Assembly (NCBI GenBank): GCA_048885765.1
Contig: JBHLLI010000003.1
Span: forward strand, 2,565 to 66,564
Length of the DNA stretch: 64,000 bases
Direction: 5' to 3'
Source of the DNA: Candidatus Hermodarchaeota archaeon
Lineage (GTDB): Archaea > Asgardarchaeota > Lokiarchaeia > Sigyniarchaeales > SOKP01
A program made the position numbers and the translations under genes. The notes under the pieces are model-generated. The model saw only the letters and a list, made by a program, of their open reading frames with translations. It was not told the origin of the DNA and ran no database searches. Shown here piece after piece: positions 8,997-19,015 of the stretch; positions within the stretch are counted from its first letter, which is position 1; each line of letters begins with the position of its first letter.

Positions 8997-11894
8997 ATGG
9001 AATCTACAGAAAAAAATTATTATAATCTTGAATTAGACCAAATTTACAAAGATCTTCAAGCGAATCCTGAAAAAGGACTAAGTGAAAAAGAAGCTAGAAC
9101 AAGGCAACAAAAATATGGTTATAATGAAATACCAAAAGTATCTAAAGGATTTGTCAAAATATATCTTGCTCCCTTATTTAATTGGTTAATTGTAATTTAT
9201 CTAATTGGATCTGTGATTTTATTTTTAGCAGCCGTATTTGGAGGAGAGGGATCTCTAATGTTTATTGGTTTGACATTAGGGATAGTCTTTTTGAATTGTC
9301 TTGTTGCTATTATTCAACAATATAGAGCAACAAAAAAGCTTAAAGCATTACGTGAATTAACTGCTCCTACTTCTACTATAATTAGGGATGGTCAAAAGCA
9401 AGAAATCCCTACAAAAGAAATTGTAGTTGGAGATTTATTAGTTTTAAATCAGGGTGATAAGATACCCGCTGATTCTCGAATAATTGACTCTTATAATATG
9501 GTTGTAAATGAAGCTTCATTGACGGGAGAGTCTGAACCAGTAAGAAAATTAGAAAAAGGTATAGCTCTACAAAAGAAAGACATATCGATCGGAGAACGAA
9601 GTAATATGGTGTTTTATGGAACTTTTATAAGTACAGGAAATGGGAAAGCAATTGTAGTAAAAATAGGGGGTGATACCGAAATTGGTAAAATTTCTCATGG
9701 ATTAGAAGAAGCTGGTACAAGCGAGATTCCAATACGACAGAAAATGAATCATTTTGGAAAGTGGTTAGGATTAACAATTTTTATCTTTTGGTTTATAACA
9801 GTTATGATTATTTTTGTTGCAAGTGCCTTTACTAGGTTTGATATTGTAGGAAGTATGAATTCTGCTTTAGATCTTATGCCTCTTAACATTCCGCTACTAT
9901 CAACTATTATTTTGATTACAGGAGTTTTAGCTATGGCACGCCATGGTGTTATTATACGAAATCTTGCCTCTGTTGATAGTCTAGGGCGAGTAAGTGTGGT
10001 TTGTTCGGATAAGACTGGCACTTTAACGAAAAATCAGATGTCAATACAGCATGTCTGGACAAATGGTTCTATTTTTAGAGTAACTGGAAGCGGTTATACA
10101 CCTGAGGGTGATATTATTCTCATGGATAATCCAAAAAATCCTGCTTATGTTAAACACATCAATGAATACAAATACCTGAAGTTATTATTAACTGCGGGTT
10201 TCTTAAATAACAATTCCGCACTAATTAAAAATGAAATAGAGGTTGCGGGCAAGATTATTCCTAAATGGGACGTTGTTGGTTCTCCTACAGAAGGAGCTCT
10301 AATGGTTTTATTTCAGAAAGGTATGGGTGATTATCTTCTTGATGATTTTGAAGCAATTACTGAATATCCTTTTGATTCGTCTGTAAAGAGAATGACTAAA
10401 CTTTATAAACGAGAATTGGAATATTATTCATTCACTAAAGGTGCAAGTGAAGTATTAATCCCCCTATGTACTAAAATAATATATAATGATGCAGAAATTG
10501 AATTTACTCAAGAAATTAAAGATAAAATATTAGAAATTGCAAATATATACGCAAATCAAGGTTATAGAATATTAAGTTTATGTTATAAAGTAATGGATAT
10601 TATACCCCCCGAAGGAGATGAAGGAAGAAAAGTAAGCGAATCTGATATGATCTACATTGGTTTTGTAACTATTCTAGATCCTCCAAGAGAAGGAGTTAAA
10701 GAATCTGTAAAGCAATGCCATGAAGCAGGAGTAGATGTTGTAATGATCACAGGAGATTCTCCTGCTACTGCCCACGCAATTGCATCTCAAATTGACATTA
10801 TAACTGACGATAATGAAACAGTTAAAGAGGGTAGAATGGTAAAAGATATTGAAAGTTTTGAAGAATTCAATTCAACTAAAGTATTTGCGAGAGTTTCACC
10901 AGAACATAAAGAAGATATTGTTGAAAAATATCAAGAAGAAAGAAAAGTGGTTGCTATGACGGGAGATGGTGTAAACGATGCTTTAGCACTAAATATGGCT
11001 GATGTTGGAATTGCTATGGGTATAACAGGTACTGATGTCGCTAAAGAAGCCTCTGATATGGTTATATCTGACGATTCATTTAATTCAATTGTTACTGGTA
11101 TTCATCAAGGAAGAGGAATATTTGCTAGAATCCGTGCTATGGTTTTCTTTTATATCTGTATTAATATATTTGAAGGTCTAGTGCAATTCATATTGTTTGT
11201 AATATTAGAATTACCTTATTTCCTAAACACAGAATTTTACCTTCAATGGATATTTCTCACTATAACAGTTCATACTTTTCCAGGATTAATTCTTACTTTT
11301 GACACTACTTCTAAAGATGTAATGAAAGAAAAGCCACGTGATTCTGAAGAAATACTTTCTAAAAATACATTTATTCTATTGTTTGTTTTTGGAATTTTGC
11401 TTTCAGTAAGCATGGTATTGGTTTATTTCATAACTTTCAGTGGATTATATCCTGTTTTTCCGGAAAACCTAGTTCCCGGATACCTCTATTATGATGGTAG
11501 TTTCCTACCAACAGAAATTGATGGGATGCCAGTAACCTTACCACAACTTCAAGTTATTGGCAAAACACTAACAATGTTAATGTGTACTCTTTTTATATGT
11601 GAATCCATGCTTGTATTTCAAATAAGACGACCAAATAAATCATTAATTAAGAGTCTAATTGAAGATCGGAATAAGTTTATGTTTATCCTAATCGGCTTTG
11701 TATTTTTCATTTTTATATCAGTTTTATATATACCTGGTGTTCAAATTTTCTTAGCACAAGAATTAGGGATCAATTTTATGTTTATGTATTTAACTGGAAT
11801 TGATTGGTTAGTGTGTTTCTTAATTTCTTTAATCTGCATCGCAGGTTTTGAAATTGTCAAATTTATCACCCGTAAGATGGATATTAAATTCTAA
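8997..11894 (+). CDS. P-type ATPase, tandem paralogue, P2A-like scaffold with atypical transport site
   Basis: LTGES, CSDKTGT, KGASE, LDPPR, TGDS, TGDGVNDALAL; M4 reads MPLNIP. Confidence 0.95.
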   Translation: MESTEKNYYNLELDQIYKDLQANPEKGLSEKEARTRQQKYGYNEIPKVSKGFVKIYLAPLFNWLIVIYLIGSVILFLAAVFGGEGSLMFIGLTLGIVFLNCLVAIIQQYRATKKLKALRELTAPTSTIIRDGQKQEIPTKEIVVGDLLVLNQGDKIPADSRIIDSYNMVVNEASLTGESEPVRKLEKGIALQKKDISIGERSNMVFYGTFISTGNGKAIVVKIGGDTEIGKISHGLEEAGTSEIPIRQKMNHFGKWLGLTIFIFWFITVMIIFVASAFTRFDIVGSMNSALDLMPLNIPLLSTIILITGVLAMARHGVIIRNLASVDSLGRVSVVCSDKTGTLTKNQMSIQHVWTNGSIFRVTGSGYTPEGDIILMDNPKNPAYVKHINEYKYLKLLLTAGFLNNNSALIKNEIEVAGKIIPKWDVVGSPTEGALMVLFQKGMGDYLLDDFEAITEYPFDSSVKRMTKLYKRELEYYSFTKGASEVLIPLCTKIIYNDAEIEFTQEIKDKILEIANIYANQGYRILSLCYKVMDIIPPEGDEGRKVSESDMIYIGFVTILDPPREGVKESVKQCHEAGVDVVMITGDSPATAHAIASQIDIITDDNETVKEGRMVKDIESFEEFNSTKVFARVSPEHKEDIVEKYQEERKVVAMTGDGVNDALALNMADVGIAMGITGTDVAKEASDMVISDDSFNSIVTGIHQGRGIFARIRAMVFFYICINIFEGLVQFILFVILELPYFLNTEFYLQWIFLTITVHTFPGLILTFDTTSKDVMKEKPRDSEEILSKNTFILLFVFGILLSVSMVLVYFITFSGLYPVFPENLVPGYLYYDGSFLPTEIDGMPVTLPQLQVIGKTLTMLMCTLFICESMLVFQIRRPNKSLIKSLIEDRNKFMFILIGFVFFIFISVLYIPGVQIFLAQELGINFMFMYLTGIDWLVCFLISLICIAGFEIVKFITRKMDIKF

Positions 11895-11973
11895 AATTCC
11901 CATATTTTATTTTCTTCTTTTAAATATCATATTTATACAAAATTTTTTATTTAGAAATTAATTAACTCATTCT

Positions 11974-12522
11974 ATGTTAGAGGGTAAGAGAGTTAAACTA
12001 GGACCTATTAAAAGGGATTATATAGATTTATTTCTCAAATGGTTTAATGATCCTGAAATACTTCAATATCTAGCAGGATTTCTTCCAATGACTCGAATGG
12101 CTGAAGAAGAATGGATGGAGAATTTAAAAAATCGAGATGATACAATCCGTTTTTCAATTATAATTCCTCAAGAAGATGGTTCGGAAAAGCTAATTGGAAA
12201 TTGTGGGATACATAATATTGATTGGAAAAACCGAGTTGCAGACGTAGGAATAGTAATAGGAGAAAAAGAATATCAGAATAAAGGACTTGGAACTGAAGCG
12301 ATGAAACTTTTGTTAGAATATGCTTTCAATACGGTAAATTTACACAGAATAGAATTATATGCTTATGAATATAATCTTAGAGCCATAAAATCGTATACTA
12401 AGGTTGGATTCATTGAAGAGGGACGAAGAAGGCAATTTATGTATTTTAAAGGAAAATATTATGATGCAATCTTGATGGGTATACTAGCAGAAGAATGGAA
12501 TGATAGAAGAAATAAGGATTAA
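11974..12522 (+). CDS. GNAT N-acetyltransferase, RimJ/RimL family
   Basis: YQNKGLGTEAM acetyl-CoA motif, NLRAIKSYTKVGF, EGRRRQ. Confidence 0.92.
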   Translation: MLEGKRVKLGPIKRDYIDLFLKWFNDPEILQYLAGFLPMTRMAEEEWMENLKNRDDTIRFSIIIPQEDGSEKLIGNCGIHNIDWKNRVADVGIVIGEKEYQNKGLGTEAMKLLLEYAFNTVNLHRIELYAYEYNLRAIKSYTKVGFIEEGRRRQFMYFKGKYYDAILMGILAEEWNDRRNKD

Positions 12523-12525
12523 TAT

Positions 12526-13572
12526 TTATTTATCTAGTTCTTTAAAATATGGAATAATCTTATCCCGAAAGATTTCATATACTTGATTAACATCAGGACC
12601 TCGATTCATAAGTATCATAGATGTTGCCCCTGCTTCTTTATATTTTTCAATGCTTGAAATAACATCATCAGTAGAACCCAAACAATTAGTGTCTTCGAGG
12701 ATAGTCTCAGGAAGATTATCCACACATGATAATTGTTCATTAGCATCTTTTACTTGCATATCAAAATTATGGATTGTATAATCAGTTGGAAGCCCCAGAT
12801 CGGGATAAATTTGATTAGTTTTTGTTGGATTGAGTACATAAGTCGCTTTAAAAAACTCACAACGCTTAACAGTATTTTCTGGATTATCATTATCAATAGC
12901 TACAAAACAATTATAGGCATAATCAATATCTTGTGGATTACGACCGCCATTTTTAGCAGCTTCAACAATTTCTCTCTTATTTTCTTTAAAAGATTTTGGA
13001 GATTCTACAAAAGGATACCATCCATCACCTAATTCACCTGTCATTTGTCGAGTCTTGGGACCATTAGCAGCTATATATATAGGCGGTGTTTTCTGAATCG
13101 GCTTAACTTGGATATAAGCCCTGTGAATATTACCCCAAAAATCGCTTTTTCTACTCACTTTACGTTTTGTCCAAAATTCTCTCAATAATTCTATATACTC
13201 CCGTAATTTTGTTATAGTTTTTTCACGATTCAACCCATACATATCAATATTCATCTTTTCACCAGCACCCACCCCAATCATAGCCCTTCCATTCGATATT
13301 TGATCCAAAGTTGCAACCTTTTGAGCCATTAAAGCAGGATGGAATCGATGAGGATCTGATACTCCTGTACATAATTTAACTTTACTTGTAATCATCGCTA
13401 TTGAAGTGAGAAACATAAATGCGTCATAGCACGTTCCAGGACCTGGGGGTAGCATTACAGTATGATCTGCATAAAATACATATTCAAAACCGCATTGCTC
13501 TGCCTTTTTAGCACCTTCATACATGTAATCAAGTCGAGGAGTTGGAACTGGAATTGAAAATCCAAACTTCAT
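12526..13572 (-). CDS. LLM-class (luciferase-like) flavin/F420-dependent oxidoreductase
   Basis: ADH motif, HPALMAQKVATLDQISNGRAMIGVGAGE, AANGPK, GDGW. Start taken at MKFGF (ORF track gives 13608). Confidence 0.9.
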   Translation of the reverse strand: MKFGFSIPVPTPRLDYMYEGAKKAEQCGFEYVFYADHTVMLPPGPGTCYDAFMFLTSIAMITSKVKLCTGVSDPHRFHPALMAQKVATLDQISNGRAMIGVGAGEKMNIDMYGLNREKTITKLREYIELLREFWTKRKVSRKSDFWGNIHRAYIQVKPIQKTPPIYIAANGPKTRQMTGELGDGWYPFVESPKSFKENKREIVEAAKNGGRNPQDIDYAYNCFVAIDNDNPENTVKRCEFFKATYVLNPTKTNQIYPDLGLPTDYTIHNFDMQVKDANEQLSCVDNLPETILEDTNCLGSTDDVISSIEKYKEAGATSMILMNRGPDVNQVYEIFRDKIIPYFKELDK

Positions 13573-13692
13573 AATTGCATAAATTATCTGAATCTTAAAA
13601 ACTTCCATATTCTCATTTACAAATTAAAAGGATAAGTTATAAATTGATTTTAGATGATATATTTTTAGAATTAAATTTTTGAAAGTGATATT

Positions 13693-14823
13693 ATGGATAT
13701 TAGTGATGTTAAAATCGGTACCGAAGGAAGTTTTATTGGTCCTTTTGAAGACGGGATAGCCCAAGTAAAGAGAATAGAAGAGAATGGGTATGATTCAGTT
13801 TGGTTTGCAGACCATATAATGGGTTGGACCCCAGAAAGCATATGGACTCCTGATATTATTAGAGCTGCTGAATTTATACATAGCCCCCACATATTTCATG
13901 AAGTTTATTCTGTCATGGCAGTAGCAGCTTGGAATACTAATAGAATTAAATTAGGAACAAGTGTCACCGAAACTTTTCGAAGGCATCCTGCTGTTTTAGC
14001 CCAAACTTTATTGTCTCAAGATCATATCTCTAAAGGGAGGGCAATTCTAGGTATAGGAACGGGAGAGGGTGAGAATGTAATACCTTATGGAATTAAATGG
14101 GAAGACCCTGTAGGTAGATTAGAAGAATCTCTAAAAATTATTAGGTTGTTATGGGAAAGCGAAGAAAAAGTGAATTTTGAGGGAAAATATTGGAAATTAA
14201 AAAACGCAGTTCTCTCTCTAAGACCGTATAAAAAAAGAAAATATCCTCCAATTTGGATCGCTGCACATGGACCTAAAATGCTTGATTTAACTGGAAGATT
14301 GGGTGATGGTTGGCTTCCAGCTTATTCTGATCCTGCAGCATATAAATATAAACTTGACCAAATTAAAAAATCAGCTAAAAAAGCAGATAGAGATCCTGAG
14401 AAAATTGTTCCCGCACTTTTTAGTTATCTTTTAATTGATGAAGAACATAATGTTTGCGATGATATGCTTGAACATCCTGTAATAAAAAACCAATTTTTAA
14501 CAATGCCTCCTGCCATGTATAAAAATTATGATGCAATTCATCCTTTTGGTGAAGACTTTTATGGATTACTTAAATACATTCCCTCTGAATATGATAAAGA
14601 TACTATATTGAAAGCAATAAATAAAATCCCAACAAAAATGTGTGATGATAATACTCTGCATGGAACTCCTGATGATGTTATTAGCAGAATTGAAGAATAT
14701 GCCAAAGTAGGTTTAAAACATATTGCAATTTATAATGTAACATATTTAGCAGATGTTACTAAAATTAAAAGTTCATTTGGTTTGATGAAAAAAGTATTAC
14801 AATATTTCCACGATGAGAAATAG
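13693..14823 (+). CDS. LLM-class flavin/F420-dependent oxidoreductase
   Basis: WFADH, HPAVLAQ...DHISKGRAILGIGTGE, AAHGPK, GDGW. Divergent from its paralogue. Confidence 0.9.
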   Translation: MDISDVKIGTEGSFIGPFEDGIAQVKRIEENGYDSVWFADHIMGWTPESIWTPDIIRAAEFIHSPHIFHEVYSVMAVAAWNTNRIKLGTSVTETFRRHPAVLAQTLLSQDHISKGRAILGIGTGEGENVIPYGIKWEDPVGRLEESLKIIRLLWESEEKVNFEGKYWKLKNAVLSLRPYKKRKYPPIWIAAHGPKMLDLTGRLGDGWLPAYSDPAAYKYKLDQIKKSAKKADRDPEKIVPALFSYLLIDEEHNVCDDMLEHPVIKNQFLTMPPAMYKNYDAIHPFGEDFYGLLKYIPSEYDKDTILKAINKIPTKMCDDNTLHGTPDDVISRIEEYAKVGLKHIAIYNVTYLADVTKIKSSFGLMKKVLQYFHDEK

Positions 14824-14829
14824 AAAGGA

Positions 14830-15672
14830 TTGATAGATTTGTACATTGATTGTCATGCCCACATATTTTTTAGCCCGATTCCTAAAGAATCTATAGATAA
14901 AGATATCGAGGGCGAAATACCAGAACCCACCATAGACTTTATAAATAGAATGATATCCAATGCAAAAAAGAAAGGAGTTAGCCGATTTGTTGGAGTTATT
15001 AGTAATCCAAGTGATTTTTCCAGACACAAAGAACAATTGCAGTTTGGAAATATTATAAATATAATTGGAATCTCAAGAAATAATTTAATGGAAGACCAAT
15101 CATATTTAATCTCTCTTTTAAAAAACGAAATTGAGGCTAATATACCTAATGGGATTGGTGAAATTGGGTTGGATACATACGATTTTGATAAATTAAATGA
15201 GCAAGAAAAAAACCAATTTAAGATTAAACAGCAGGAATTATTTGCAAAACAAATAAGAATTGCCAAAGAATTTGATATACCTATAGTAGTTCATGCGGGC
15301 TATGGTACTGATAAAGATATTATGAACATTTTAAAACAAGAACATGCAAATGATGTGGGAGGGCAAATACATGGATATATGTCTAAAGAGGATTTAGTTT
15401 CTGAACTACTTGATCAAGGTTTCTATTTTTCATTTGGCTATATTCATTCGAGAGAAGAGGAATTGAAAAGAATTCTTGAAATAACTCCTCCAGAAAAGAT
15501 GCTAATTGAAACTGATTCTCCATATCATCTAATGGAATCCCCTAAACGTTTTATTCTTCCAGAAGATGTAATTCAAATAACAAAGGAAATTGCTAAATTT
15601 AAGGAAATTGAACCTCAAGACCTTGCTAATATTGTCATGAAAAATGCTAAAACACTTTTTAATTTCAGTTAA
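14830..15672 (+). CDS. TatD-family metallohydrolase/DNase
   Basis: DCHAH, GEIGLD, VVH, IH, ETDSP. Confidence 0.88.
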   Translation: MIDLYIDCHAHIFFSPIPKESIDKDIEGEIPEPTIDFINRMISNAKKKGVSRFVGVISNPSDFSRHKEQLQFGNIINIIGISRNNLMEDQSYLISLLKNEIEANIPNGIGEIGLDTYDFDKLNEQEKNQFKIKQQELFAKQIRIAKEFDIPIVVHAGYGTDKDIMNILKQEHANDVGGQIHGYMSKEDLVSELLDQGFYFSFGYIHSREEELKRILEITPPEKMLIETDSPYHLMESPKRFILPEDVIQITKEIAKFKEIEPQDLANIVMKNAKTLFNFS

Positions 15673-15675
15673 AAA

Positions 15676-16008
15676 TTAGAAAATTGTAGTATGTTTTAGA
15701 AACACATTTTTTATCCTTTTCAACATTGATCCTTCTGCACCCCATGTTAATCCTAATATTCCATGTTTGCCTCCAGCAACAACAATTATCACCTGATATT
15801 TATTATCATAAATATGATCAATTATTATCGTAGCTGAAAGATTTGATTCAATTCTAAAGTAAAATTTTTCCGCAACAAGTATAATTGTTTTACCTTCATC
15901 ATTTGTGTATTTAAACAAATTGTCCACTTCTCGATTAATATCTACAATTATATCATCTATATTTACTTGGTCAATTAATAATTTGTCAGTTTCCATTACT
16001 AAAATCAA
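15676..16008 (-). CDS. Hypothetical protein (DUF6054-like)
   Basis: EKFYFRIESNLS...VAGGKHG...WGAE pattern; family recalled from memory only. Confidence 0.55.
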   Translation of the reverse strand: MILVMETDKLLIDQVNIDDIIVDINREVDNLFKYTNDEGKTIILVAEKFYFRIESNLSATIIIDHIYDNKYQVIIVVAGGKHGILGLTWGAEGSMLKRIKNVFLKHTTIF

Positions 16009-16109
16009 CTTATTTGGTTTAGCCCTTAAATTAGTAATAAAGATTTATCAATAAAAATGTAGGCACTCTAGTAAAGAAAATTCTTTTTTTAAAATCATAA
16101 AGTATAAAT

Positions 16110-16880
16110 CTATTTAAATCCCTGACAGAAAGCATCTACATTTTTGGGTAGAACAGAATGATTATATCCACCCTCTAAGAGAGCATAACGTCTTCCTTTA
16201 CATAATTTTTCTGAATATTCCTTCATTAATTTGCCTAATTCTGTATAATCTTCTGGATATAAGAGATGACCCCAATCATCGATACCTTGGTCAAATCCTG
16301 CGCTTGCCACAAAAATATCAATGTCTTCTAGATTTTTCATATATGATTTAACTTCCTTAATATAACCAGTTCTCCCACTAGAATAGGGATTTAGAATCTT
16401 TACACGAAAATCATCATTTCTATTAGCTAAAATGTTGATGTTTCCATCACCAGTATGAAGATCAAAATCTAAAACAAATGCTGACTTTATTTTCCCTTCT
16501 GAATATAATTTCAGTAAACTAATGCTTATATTATTAAAATAACAAAACCCCCAACATGAGTCTGCTGAAGCGTGATGACCTGGTGGTCTTATTACAGCAA
16601 AAATCGGATTACCTTTAAATCCTTCTTCAGCAGCCATTATTGCCCCTCCAGCAGCTAATGAAGCTAATTCATATAATAACAAATTATTTTTTATATTTTG
16701 AAGGTGCCTTTTGGTGTGAGCTCTCATAATATCCTCATCCGTTGCAGGATTAGGGGTTATAATCTCATATTCTTTATTTTCTGAGATCACTTTCATAATA
16801 CCTTCCAAGCGCCCCACAGCAGCAGCAGGGTCCCAAGCATATTCAGAATTATAGTATTTTTCATGAAATACGATTTTCAT
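16110..16880 (-). CDS. Histone deacetylase family Zn-dependent deacetylase
   Basis: RPPGHHA, GFCYFNN, DFDLHTGDG, SAGFD, LEGGY. Confidence 0.93.
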   Translation of the reverse strand: MKIVFHEKYYNSEYAWDPAAAVGRLEGIMKVISENKEYEIITPNPATDEDIMRAHTKRHLQNIKNNLLLYELASLAAGGAIMAAEEGFKGNPIFAVIRPPGHHASADSCWGFCYFNNISISLLKLYSEGKIKSAFVLDFDLHTGDGNINILANRNDDFRVKILNPYSSGRTGYIKEVKSYMKNLEDIDIFVASAGFDQGIDDWGHLLYPEDYTELGKLMKEYSEKLCKGRRYALLEGGYNHSVLPKNVDAFCQGFK

Positions 16881-16980
16881 AGTTTTTTCATTATTATTTA
16901 ATTACATTTAAAAAACCATATGATGAATATTATTTTAATCATTTTATTAGATTTAATGACCCTAATTACTGAGTGATAAA

Positions 16981-18072
16981 ATGTCTAACGGAGATGATAT
17001 ATATCGTAGTTTGCAGATACATTTAGATCAATTTCCTATAGGATTGCCTGCAACTCCAACTGGAATTGAAATAAAAGTACTAAAACACCTCTTTACAGAT
17101 GAAGAAGCTTTTATAGCAACTAAATTAACTTGGGAATACGATCCTCTTGAAAAAATTTATGACCGTTTAGACGGAAACCACATTGTTATTGGATCTTTAG
17201 AAGTCTTGCTTGATAGTATGATAAAAAAAGGGACTATAAAATACAAGAATGTTGATGGTAAAAAACTGTATGCTAATCTTCCCCTTGTGGTAGGTATTTT
17301 TGAATATCAGGTTAATAAGCTGACTAAGGAGTTTTTTGAGGATTTTGATGAGTATTTGATAACTGCGTTTGGAGCGGAATTATTGGGGACGAAAATTTCT
17401 CAATTTCGAACTATTCCAGTGAGCAAAAGTGTATCTTCTGAAACTAGTATTTCAAACTATGATGAGATTAAGCAAGTAATTCAAAATGTTGGAGAACCCA
17501 TAACTGTAGCAAATTGCGTCTGTCGTCAAAGCCAAGATTTATATGATAAGCATTGCAAACAAACTACTCTTAGAGAAACTTGTTTTTATTTTGGAACTAC
17601 AGGACAATTATTCTTAGATCAAGGATGGGCACGTCAAGTCAGTAGGGATGAGGCATTAGAAATATTAAATCAAGCTGAAAAAGATGGGTTAGTCTTACAA
17701 TCTGGAAATACAGAATATCCAGAATTTATCTGTAGTTGTTGTGGTTGTTGTTGTGCTATACTCACTAAATTGCAGAAGCTCCCAAGGCCATCGAGGGTAA
17801 TATCAAATAATTTTCAAATTAATATTAATTCAGATTTATGTGCTGGTTGTGGTACTTGTATTGATAGATGCCAAATAAATGCAATAAAATTAACTGATAA
17901 GAAAGCAAAAGTTATATTAAAGAGATGCATAGGATGTGGTGTTTGCGTTCCTTCCTGTCCTGAAGGTGCAATTCAACTTAGAAAGAAAGAAAATCAAACA
18001 ATCCCACCTTCTTCAAATCAGGAATTATTTTCTCAAATTATGGCTAAAAAGCAAGAATTAAGAAATAAATAA
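16981..18072 (+). CDS. Fe-S cluster protein with C-terminal 2x[4Fe-4S] domain (paralogue of 799..1908)
   Basis: CVCR...C...C...CSCCGCCC, CAGCGTCIDRC, CIGCGVCVPSCP. Confidence 0.85.
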   Translation: MSNGDDIYRSLQIHLDQFPIGLPATPTGIEIKVLKHLFTDEEAFIATKLTWEYDPLEKIYDRLDGNHIVIGSLEVLLDSMIKKGTIKYKNVDGKKLYANLPLVVGIFEYQVNKLTKEFFEDFDEYLITAFGAELLGTKISQFRTIPVSKSVSSETSISNYDEIKQVIQNVGEPITVANCVCRQSQDLYDKHCKQTTLRETCFYFGTTGQLFLDQGWARQVSRDEALEILNQAEKDGLVLQSGNTEYPEFICSCCGCCCAILTKLQKLPRPSRVISNNFQININSDLCAGCGTCIDRCQINAIKLTDKKAKVILKRCIGCGVCVPSCPEGAIQLRKKENQTIPPSSNQELFSQIMAKKQELRNK

Positions 18073-18091
18073 TAAATCTTTATTACAGTCT

Positions 18092-18925
18092 TTATTTGGA
18101 ACCATAGGCAAAAATTACAGTTTTTTGAAAAATGTATGTTCCTTCATGTTCAAAATCTTGAATTCCGTGTGGTAACACACATTTCTTTAGATCTTTAAGA
18201 CTATTTGAATCTTGATTTAAAGTATATCTCATTATCCAAGCCGCGTATTTCATCATTTCCCACCATTCCTCAACAGATTTATAAATTATTTTAAAATTTT
18301 TTGGAAGAATTCTAATGTTGTTAAACCCCGCATCTTTCATCATTAATTTAAACCCAGAAACTGATTCCTTACTATAACTGATACTTAATTTTTCAATTTC
18401 ATCATTTCTCTTTAATTTTTTATGTCTAAGATATTGCTGTAATAAACCTCTTGCGACTTCAATATCTTGTTGGAATGCCCATGTACTAAAAGCTGCTTCT
18501 CCTTCTGGTTTTAGTACTCTGAAAATTTCTTTCATTTTCGCATTATTAGTAAGTTGATTTTTTTCAAAATCATATGAATCACTAAAACCGATGAATCCAG
18601 ATAAAATGTTATCAAAACTATTATCTTCAAAATCTAGATTACTAGCTTCCATGGTATGAAATTTTACGCTTCCTGTATCAATATTTTTAAATTTATCTCG
18701 TGCTTGAGAGAGTCTATCTCCATTCCGATCTATCCCAACTAAATGGCAATTACCTCCTAATTTATCATTAGCAGCAACTAAGCAAGCTCCGGTCCCTGTC
18801 CCAACATCAAGAATCTTTCCATTAGGCTTTAGATTTGAAAATTTAGCTAATTCTCTTGCAAAATCTGACCAATAATCTAAACTTACAAGTGGTAGATTGT
18901 TGATGTTATGATCCATTGGTTTCAT
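18092..18925 (-). CDS. Class I SAM-dependent methyltransferase (UbiE-like)
   Basis: ILDVGTGTG, FEDNSFD, RVLKPEG. Confidence 0.88.
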   Translation of the reverse strand: MKPMDHNINNLPLVSLDYWSDFARELAKFSNLKPNGKILDVGTGTGACLVAANDKLGGNCHLVGIDRNGDRLSQARDKFKNIDTGSVKFHTMEASNLDFEDNSFDNILSGFIGFSDSYDFEKNQLTNNAKMKEIFRVLKPEGEAAFSTWAFQQDIEVARGLLQQYLRHKKLKRNDEIEKLSISYSKESVSGFKLMMKDAGFNNIRILPKNFKIIYKSVEEWWEMMKYAAWIMRYTLNQDSNSLKDLKKCVLPHGIQDFEHEGTYIFQKTVIFAYGSK

Positions 18926-19015
18926 ATTCTCTTAAAATTTATAAAATAAAAGTGCTTTAATCAGTTTAAAATAAAAATAATTTTTATAGTTTAGACTGTT
19001 GAACTATAATTGAAC

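Noticed and set aside
5993-11894. Default annotation as calcium-translocating ATPases
   Set aside because: E309, N796, T799 and D800 equivalents are all substituted in both copies.
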